From Eledone cirrhosa (lineage: Eukaryota), in the NCBI GenBank assembly GCA_964016885.1, contig OZ024740.1:84878001-84942000 (forward strand): 64,000 bases of DNA. The letters run 5' to 3'. The notes under the pieces were generated by a model that was not told the origin of the DNA, did not search any database, and saw only the letters and a list, made by a program, of their open reading frames with translations. The position numbers and the translations under genes were made by a program. Positions 54,940-64,000 of this stretch are shown here, piece by piece. Each line of letters begins with the position of its first letter. Position 1 is the first letter of the stretch.

Positions 54940-57900
54940 TGTTAGATTTAGGGTTAGTGTTAGGGTAAGTTTTACTGTTAATGGTAAGTTTATTGTTAGT
55001 GACTGTGTTACTGTTAGCATTACTGTCACTGTTAGTGTTACTGTAACTGTTACTCTTACAGTTACTGTCTGCATCAGCGTCTATGTAAGCTTTTGTGTTA
55101 GTGTCTATGTAGACTGGTGTTAGCATCTGCGTTAGTGTTTGGATTAGCCTTAGTGTTTACGTAAGTGTCAGCATCTATGTCAGCATTTGCGTCAGCGTCT
55201 GCATTGGTGATAGTGATTGTGCCAGCGTTTCCCTTAGCGTCTGAGTCAACATTAGTGTTAGCATTAGTGTTTGTTTCAGTGCCTGCGTCTACGTCAGCTT
55301 CTGAGTCAGCATTATCATTAGCGTCCGCGTCAGCACTTGTGTCAGTATCAGCATTTCCCTCAGTGTCAGCGTTTTCATCAGCGTGCACGTCAGCATTTGC
55401 ATTAGTGTTTGAGTCAGTGTTAGCATCAGCGTTTGCATTTGTGTAGGGGTTAGCATTTGCGTCAGCATCTGCATCAGCATTCACATTAGCATTAGCGTTT
55501 GCGACAGCGTTTCCTTTAACGTCTTTGTCAGCATTTCCGTTAGCGTCTGTGTCAGTGTTTCCGTTAGCTTCTACGTCAGCATTTCCGTTAGCATCTATGT
55601 CAGTGTTTCCGTTAGCATCTACGTCAGCGTTTCCGACCGCGTCTGTGTCAGCGTCAGTATTTACATCTACATCAGCATCAGCGTTTCAGTTAACGTCAGT
55701 GTTTACGTTAGCGTCTGTGTCAGCGTTTACGTTAGCTTCTACGTCAGCGTCAGCGTTTCCATTAACCTTTCCTGTGGCGTCCGCATCATTGCAGCGTCTG
55801 CATATCCCATGTAAGCGTTATCTTCAGCATTTGCGTCAGCGTCAGCGTTAGCCTTAGCGTCCGCATCAGCATTTGCGTTAGCGTCAGCATACACGTCAGC
55901 GCCGGCAAAACTGCCTCAACATTTGCGTCAGCGTTAGCGTTAGCTTTGGCTTTAGCAATCCGCATCAGCAATTGCGTTTTGGAGATCAGCTTCGGCGGTA
56001 AGGGTAAACGCTAATTTCTACGCCTGCGTTTTGTTAGCTTCTACGTCAGCATCTACATCAGCGTCTACGTTAACATCTACGTCATCGTTTACGTTAGCTT
56101 CTACGTCAGCGCTTACATTAGTGTCTGTGTCAGCGTTTGTGTTAGCTTCTACGTCAGCGTCTGTATTTACATCTACATCAGCGTCAGCATTTACATTTGC
56201 GTCTGCGTCATCGTTTACGTTAGCATCTGTGTCAGCGTTTATGTTAGCGTCTGCGTCAGTGTTTATATTAGCATCTGCGTTAGTGTTTTAGCAGAAAAGG
56301 ATTTAGAAGTTCTAATGTTGCCACGAGGAACCACCCTTGGTAGAAAGATATGATAGGAATATCGACAACGACTTTAGCTTGTTTTTACATTATTTATTAA
56401 CAAAGGTTGAGCTGGCATGCCAAGAGAAATAAAACAAACGAATTAAGATTTCAGAAAGACACGGGCTACTGGCTGTTTAAGTGTTGCCAGGCCGTGGTTA
56501 AATTGTTGTGTTACATATTGGCTAGTGATTTCACGGCGAAAGAAACGTAGTTGTTTACCTTAGCACGGTCGAGCTGCAAGAGAGATCCCTCAAATATTTG
56601 CGGGTAATTTCACTCTCAGGACGCGTATGGATACGTCCTCTTCTACTGGCGCTGATTGGCTGAGCTGAGCCAAATTACGCACAGAGAATGTATGTGAGCC
56701 CGCGGAATGTAGGTCACTACAATACCCCCCTTCTAGACGGTAGTTGATACAGATTATTGAATCAGCAAGAACAAATGCTGAAAGAGCACATCAGTGAAAA
56801 AATAATTGAGCAGAAGGATGCATGCAAGAAAAAAAATGAGGCGCTACGGGCCGTGTTGAGCCGCTGTGTCAAATGACTAGCTGTTTTGTAGTTTATACGT
56901 GACCACCAAAGGTCTAACAGAAAACGGATAAAGTCTGACATGGGCGAAATTGCTGTTCTTGCATTAAATGTAAATGGTAAGTGTTGTACCAGTAGCTGTG
57001 GATGAAGCTATTATGGTAGTTTACCAGTGCTGGCAAGAAGATGATGGGTAGGCGAGAAAATATTGGCCTCCCAGATGTATTGCCGAATGTGCTAGGGAGC
57101 CAGGAAAAAATGGCCGGTTGCTTTGATAAGAAAAAAAGCAAGCTGAATCTGTAGGTGGGTTGCAGTCCCACAATTCGGGCGAATCCACAGAAGTGGTGGA
57201 AATGCTGACAAGTCCAGTTCTATTTGTTGTTTTCCCGGTGAGTTGGGTAAGATAACAAGATAGAGGTTGTTATGGACGATGAATGTGCAACAAGATGCGA
57301 AACTGTTTGAGTTCAGCTGCAATTAGCATTCTCGTGTTGCGGTGCAGGTGAATTAAGCTGCAAGTGTCGATAGCATGTTTTGGTACCTCCAGAAGGTGAA
57401 AAGGGATCTCGCAGAATATTACGACGCTTGAAGATCACACACCATAGACAACATGTTGGTGTGTGTATATATGCAGGCATGTAATACAGCAAAGAAAATG
57501 TGTGCGTGCGGTCACATATACAATGATAGAGAGAAATGAATTTTCATATAACACAGTTTTTAAAAAAAAAAAAATGTCGAAAATAAATGCCTGAAAAAAA
57601 AAAGGAAGAAAGAAAGAATTGTTTCCTTTCTTTTAACAAAAAGTTCGCTTCTTTTTTCTTTGGGATCGCTCTTACTAGGGAGCTAGTAGAGTTGTTGTTG
57701 TTAAAGCAAAGTCACAATGAATCTTCTGTAAAGTCGAAGTCGAGCGTTGAAGAACCTAGAGTCACCAACATGGCAGCCACGTCTGACGCCATAATGGTGA
57801 GAAAACTAATGTCTTAATTTCTCGAGTCCCTGTGGTAACGAGACAGAAGGTATGGTGGTTGCGTCGGCAAAGTTACAAGCCGTTCCCTGGTGCTGCTCAA

Positions 57901-60900
57901 TAGTTAGCCATGTGTTGCTGCTGATGGCTGGTACTTGGTGGTAGCCGTTTTGAAATTTCCGATGTGTGGTGGTTTGCGTCGGTAGGGCTATGAAGCTGCC
58001 ATCTCACTATTCCCTGTTGTTAGTTAGTGGTTAAACAATGTTGTCGCTGCCGCTGCTGCTGCTGTTGTCGTTGTTGATTGTAGACAAGACTTGTCGGTAG
58101 CCATTTTGAAATTTCCTCGTGGCGAAAAGTTTTTGAAATACTGCTAATTTTTTTACAATTTTAAAAGGGATATTTTGTATTTTCATTAGTTGCATTGAAC
58201 AAAAAGGCTGCGTAAAATTCTTACGTCGGTCACCAGTTTAACAGAAAAGGATTTAGAAGTTCTAATGTTGCCACGAGGAACCACCCTTGGTAGAAAGATA
58301 TGATAGGAATATCGACAACGACTTTAGCTTGTTTTTACATTATTTATTAACAAAGGTTGAGCTGGCATGCCAAGAGAAATAAAACAAACGAATTAAGATT
58401 TCAGAAAGACACGGGCTACTGGCTGTTTAAGTGTTGCCAGGCCGTGGTTAAATTGTTGTGTTACATATTGGCTAGTGATTTCACGGCGAAAGAAAAGTAG
58501 TTGTTTACCTTAGCACAGTCGAGCTGCAAGAGAGAGATCCCTCAAATCTTTGCGGGTAATTTCTCTCTCAGGACGCGTAGGGATACATCCTCTTCTACTG
58601 GCGCTGATTGGCTGAGCTGAGCCAAATCACGCACAGAGAATGTATGTGAGCCCGCGGAATGTAGATCACTACAGTGTTTACGTTAGCATCTGTGTTAACG
58701 TGTGTCAGTGTCTGCGTCAGCATTTTCATTAGTGTTTGCATCAGTGTTTCCTTTAGCTTCTACTTCAATGTTTACGTCTGCGTTAAGGTTCACATTAGCA
58801 TCGCTGTCATCGTTTGCGTCAGCATTTGCGTTTGCTTTAACATCTGCATCAACATTTGCGTCTGTGTTTGCATTAGTGTCTGCATTTGCTTTAGTGTTTG
58901 CATCAGCGTGAGCATTTGTGTCAGTGTCCACGTCAGCGTTAGTGTCTGTGTAGCATTTACATCAGCGTATGCGTCAGAGTCTTTGTCAGCATTCGCCTTT
59001 GCACCTGCATCAGTATTCACGTTAGTGTTTGTGTCAGCGTAAGCGATTGTGTCAACATTTGCGCTAGCGTTTGTGCCAGCATAGCCATCTTCGTCAGTGT
59101 CAGCGTTGGCGTTAGTGTTAGTGTTAGTATTTCCATTAGTGTTCGTGTTAGTGTTTGATTTTGTATTAGTGTTAGCATTTTTGTTAGTGTTAGTGTTAGT
59201 ATTTGTTTTTGTGTTAATATTTGTGTTAGTATCTCTGTTAGCATTAGTGTTTGATGCTTCCATTAGTGTTAGTGATTGTGTTAGCGTTAGTCATTGTTTT
59301 TGTGTTAAGGTTAGCGTTAATGTCAGTTTTAGTGTTAGTGTTCAGGTTAGTGTTAGTGTTTATGGTAGTGTTAGTTTTAGTATTAGTGTTATTTTTTCCA
59401 TTAGTGTTAGTGTTTTATTTTGTATTAATGTTTGTGTTAGTGTTTCCATTAGTGTTAGTGCTAGTCTTTGTTTTTCTGTTAATATTAGTGTTTGTTTTAG
59501 TGTTGAGGTTAATGTTAGCTTAGTTTTCTGGTTAGTATCAGTTTTCGTGTTAGTTTTAGTGTTAGTGTTCAGGTTAGTGTTAGTGTTTTTTTTAGTGTTA
59601 GTTTTTATGGTAGTGTTAGTGTTACTGTTAGTGCTCAGATCAGTGTTAGTGTTTGTGTTACTGTTTATGGTAGTTTTAGTGCTAGTGTTTAGGTTAATGT
59701 TAGTTTTAGTGTAAGTGTTCAGGTTAGTGTTAGTGTTCAAGTTATGTTAGTGTTAATGTTAGTTTTAGTGTTAATGTTAGTTTTAGTGTTAAGGTTAGTG
59801 TTAGAGATTGTGTTAGTGTTTGTTTTTGTGTTAATATTTGTGTTAGTATCTCTGTTAGTTTCAGTGTAAGTGTTCAGGTTAGTGTTAGTGTTCAAGTTAA
59901 TGTTGGTGTTAGTTTTAGTGTTAAGGTTAGTGTTAGAGATTGTGTTAGTGTTTGTTTTTGTGTTAATATTTGTGTTAGTATCTCTGTTAGTTTCAGTGTA
60001 AGTGTTCAGGTTAGTGTTAGTGTTCAAGTTAATGTTAGTGTTAGTTTTAGTGTTAAGGTTAGTGTTAGAGGTTGTGTTAGTGTTTGTTTTTGTGTTAATA
60101 TTTGTGTTAGTATCTCTGTTAGTTTCAGTGTAAGTGTTCAGGTTAGTGTTAGTGTTCAAGTTAATGTTAGTTTTAGTGTGAAGGTTAGTGTTAGAGATTG
60201 TGTTAGTATTAGTATTTGTTTTTGTGTTAATATTTGTGTTAGTATCTCTGTTAGCATTAGTGTTTGATGCTTCCATTAGTGTTAGTGATTGTGTTAGCGT
60301 TAGTCTTTGTTTTTGTGTTAAGGTTAGCGTTAATGTTAGCATTAGTATTTCTGTTAGTGTTAGCATTAGTGTTTATGTTAGTGTTCAGTTTAATGTTAGC
60401 TTAGTTTTCAGGTTAGAGTTAGTGTTCAAGTTAATGTTAGTGTTAGAGATTGTGTTAGTGTTTGTTTTTGTGTTAATATTTGTGTTAGTATCTCTGTTAG
60501 CGTTAGTGTTTGTTTTAGTGTTGAAGTTAATGTTAGCTTAGTTTTATGGTTAGTATCAGTTTTCAGATTAGTGTTTGTGTTAGTGTTACTTTTAGTGTTA
60601 GTGTTTATGTTAGTGTTAGTTTTAGTGCTAGTATTCAGCCTAATGTTTGTGCTAATGTTAGTTTTAGTGTAAATGTTCAGGTTAGTATTAGTGTTTGTAT
60701 TAGTGTTTACGGTAGTGTTAGTTTTAGTGCTGTGTTCAGGTTTGTTAATGTCAGTTTTAGTGTTAGTGTTCAGGTTAGTGTGTGTGTTAGTTTTCTATTT
60801 AATGTTAGTTTTCAGATTTTGTGTTTGTGTTAGTTTTCATGTTAGCGCTAAGTTCACTGTTAGAGCATGTGTGGCTGCAAGTGTTAGGGTAAGTGTTATT

Positions 60901-60930
60901 TTTAAAGTTCGGTTTTAGCTTAAAGTTAGG
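54940..60930. repeat. Hexamer-periodic satellite grading from (GTCAGC)n-like to (GTTAGT)n-like, with 132-bp higher-order units near 59.7-60.2 kb
   Basis: Direct; tctgttagtttcagtgtaag recurs at 59851, 59983 and 60115. Confidence 0.9.
56287..58673 (-). mobile_element. Non-autonomous LTR retrotransposon, ~435-bp LTRs, 4-bp TSD GTGT, TG...AA termini
   Basis: LTRs 56287-56721 and 58237-58673 (~9 substitutions + a 2-bp indel). PBS TGGTGACCGACGT (tRNA-Trp-like) next to the right LTR; PPT AGAAGGGGGG next to the left LTR; 1.5-kb internal region without a long ORF. Confidence 0.9.
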
Positions 60931-60969
60931 TTTTCTACTTTCCAGGAAAAAAGTTGATCCTCTCTAACT

Positions 60970-63900
60970 TGAGTGGTGTGATATAGTGTGGTAAAGTATA
61001 GTGTTTCATAGTCTTGTGTGGTGTTGTCTATTGTTGTATAGTGTAGTATGGTATATTGTTTCATAGCATGGTCTGATGTGAGGTCGTACAGTGTTTCGTA
61101 ATGTGGTGTTGGATAATGTGGTATGGTATAATGTTTGTCAGTGTGGTATGGTATAGGTTGATGTAGTGTAGCTTAGTTTGATTATAATAATACAAATAAT
61201 AATAACAATAATAATAGTAATAATAATTGTTCTTCCTGTTCATTTTCTTTGTCTTCTTCTGTGCCTTTGTTTTCTTCTGTGCCTTTGACTGCTTCTGTGC
61301 CTTTGACTGCTTCTGTGCCTTTAACTTCTTCTGTGCCTTTATCTTCTCCTCTGCCATCTAAATACCAAAAACAAAGAATGTAAAACATATATGTTGCCTA
61401 TCTCTCAGACTTTACAAAGTGCCGAGGAGATAAAGTTAATTTAAAGAGCAGTGTGCTCATGCACTGTGATCCTATAATGTAGCTTATAAGCTATTTCATA
61501 ACTAAAAAACAATGTCAAACATCAACAAAAGTATATACAAATATCTTTGAATGTTTAAGTTAAACCTAAGTAGATCGTATCTACAGGTCATTAGGTTAAG
61601 ACTGAACTAAGATCATATCTATAAATCCTTAGGTTTAGACTGAACTGAGATCATACTTTCTTCTTCTTTTCGTCATCTTCGTTTCCCGTGTCTTCTTTGT
61701 CTTTGTTGTCATTTTCATTTTAGTCGTCTGCTTCGTCGTCTTTTTCTTCTTTTCCATCTAAATATAAAAAAAAATTGTAAACAAATATATAGTTGATCTC
61801 TCAGACTTTCACGAAACACCGAGGAGATACAGTTAATATAACGAGTGGGGAGCCCATATATATATATATATGGTATAGCATAGTGTTATGTGGTCTGGTG
61901 TGGTACAACATGGTGTGATGTGGTGTGGTATGATATGGTGAGGCGGGAGGGGGGGACACAACGTTAGATTAATGTTAACAATATACATGTAGCATCCACA
62001 TGTGATGAGAAGGGGGGAAACAGTGTTTAACTAATTTTAACATTACATGTAGCATCCATCTACAGGTGATTAAGTTAAGACTGAGGTGTAATCATATGAA
62101 AAGGTCAATTTAAAACTAGACTGAGATTCTGCTTAAAATGATGGTCAATGAAGTGTTTACTTACTCAGATCCTTTGAAATAACTTTCTTTCTCTTACTGT
62201 AACTAGACATACCTACGAAATAGAAAACAGTCGAATAGACAGTGGTGTGGTGTGGTGTAGTGTGGTGTGGTTTAGTGTAGTGGACAGTGGTGTGGTGTGG
62301 TGTAGTGTGGTGTGGTTTAGTGTAGTGGACAGTGGTGTGGTGTAGTGTAGTGGAGTGTGGTTTAGTGTAGTGGACAGTGGTGTGGTGTAGTGGAGTGTGG
62401 TGGAGTGGAGTGTGGTTCAATGTAGGGTGGGGGATATGGTGTAGTGGAGTGTGGTGGGATGTAGTGTGGTAGCATGTGGTGTGATGGCATGTGATGTGAT
62501 GTGGCGTGGTGAAATGTGATGTGATGAAATGTGGCATGGCGTGGTGAAATGTGATGTGGCGTGGCGTGGTGAAATGAGGCGAGGCGAGGCGAGGCGAGAC
62601 GAGACGAGACGAGACGAGACGTGGTGTGATGTGATGGTGTGCGGAGTGATTTGATGTGGTGTGATGTGATGTGAAATTTTTCATCCTATTTTTCATGTGC
62701 TATCAACTAATCCAATCTCCAAGATGCTTGAAACTGACTTTTTCCCCCCAGGAAAACGGCGGGATGAGGTGGTTCCCCCTTCACCCGGATAAACCCTGCT
62801 TACTCGGAATTTTCTCTTTGATTCTATTTTCATGCGTTATCAGTGAATATGACTTCTAAACCAGTCAAAAACAACTAGCTTTGGAGAAAGAGGAGTGGGA
62901 GAGGGGAAGAGTTTTGCAGATCTACACCCACTCACATGTTGTGGGACTTAATCATTTTCGGTATATTTCCTGTGCTATTAATTAATCTGATCTCCTAGAT
63001 GCTTCCAATCAACTTATCTCCCTGGAGATCAGATTAGTTGATAACACATGAAAAAAAGATGAGTAAAAAATTGTGGGTGTTATGTGGTGTGGAGTAGTGT
63101 GATGTATTTTTATGTGGTGTGATGTAGTGAGGTGTGTTTTTATGTGGTGTGATGTAGTGAGGTGTGGTGTTATGTGGTGTGGAGTAGTGTGGTGTGTTTT
63201 TATGTGGAGTAGTGTGGTGTGTTGTAGTGAGGAGTGGTGTATTGTGTTGTAGTGAGGAGTGGTGTGTTGTGTTGTGGTGTTGTGTGGTGTGGAGTAGTGT
63301 GGTGTGTTCTTATGTGGAGTGATGTAGTGAGGAGTGGTGTGTTGTGTTGTGGTGTTATGTGGTGTGGAGTAGTGTGGTGTGTTCTTATGTAGTATGATGT
63401 AGTGAGGTGTGGTGTGTTGTGTTGTGGTGTTATGTGGTGTGGAGTAGTGTGGTGTGTTGTAGTGAGGAGTGGTGTGTTGTGTTGTAGTGAGGAGTGGTGT
63501 GTTGTGTTGTGGTATTATGTGGTGTGTTGTAGTGAGGAGTGGTGTGTTGTGTTGTGGTGTGATGTGGAGTCGAGTAGTGTGGTGTGATGTAGTGAGGAGT
63601 GGTGTGTGTGTTGTGGTGTGATGTGGTGTGGAGTAGTGTGGTGTGTTCTAATGTGGTGTGATGTAGTGAGGAGTGGTGTTTTGTGGTGTGTTTTTATGTG
63701 GAGTAGTGAGGAGTGGTGTGTTGTGTTGTGGTGTTATGTGGTGTAGTGTTGTATGTTTTTATGTGGTGTGGTGAAGTGTGGTGTGATGTGGTGCGGTGCA
63801 CTGCGATGTGGTGTGGTGCAGTGCGGTGCAGTGAGGTTCTTCATCTTTATCTTTATTTTTTCATTTTTGTATTCATCTTCTTTGTTTTGTCTTCCATCTA

Positions 63901-64000
63901 AACAAAAAAAATATATATAAAACATATATGTAGCCAATCTCTCAGACTTTTACAAAGCTCCAGGGAGATAAATTTAATATAAGTGGTGTGTTCCTGAACA
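60970..64000. repeat. Compound pentamer satellite ((GTGTG/GTAGT/GTGAT)n, (GAGAC)n, (AAT)n, 18-bp repeats) with a recurring ~90-bp motif
   Basis: Motif ccatctaaa..aaaaa..aaacatatat..tctctcagactt.acaaag...gaggagata.agttaat at ~61354, ~61753 and ~63894. Confidence 0.85.

Noticed and set aside
54889-60918. Ala/Ser/Asn/Thr or Val/Leu repetitive ORFs resembling antifreeze or mucin proteins
   Set aside because: Products of a hexamer satellite; open on both strands and interrupted by an LTR element
61061-61388. KAQKQS/EEVKGT repeat ORFs
   Set aside because: 18-bp minisatellite within a satellite block; no gene context

Overview
AT-rich eukaryotic DNA whose repeat complement is consistent with an octopod cephalopod (inference from repeat style only). 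The only intact host coding sequence is the large terminal exon of FIBP (2204-3095, +). A previously unflagged degenerate guanylate kinase pseudogene lies at ~22020-22483. Roughly 3.8-20.1 kb is a (TA)n/(TATG)n array with a 200-N gap; its long 'IY/MY' ORFs are artefacts. The array is studded with a bipartite RTE-derived non-autonomous element, two large DNA foldbacks and a hammerhead-ribozyme-like motif. The rest is nested mobile DNA: RTE, Tx1/L1, CR1, R4-like and CRE-like LINE pieces, hAT and mariner remnants, tRNA-SINEs, a young near-complete Gypsy element inside an RTE, a Penelope-like remnant, and an LTR family with non-canonical TG...AA ends. The window ends in a ~11 kb compound hexamer/pentamer satellite. 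The most notable candidates are (i) a family of type I hammerhead-like motifs with an extended, structurally covarying stem II beside (TA)n tracts and inside a foldback, (ii) a near-perfect 404-bp palindrome, (iii) the microsatellite-associated RTE/SINE-like pair, and (iv) the TG...AA LTR family. All protein family calls are by recalled motif similarity, not database searches.
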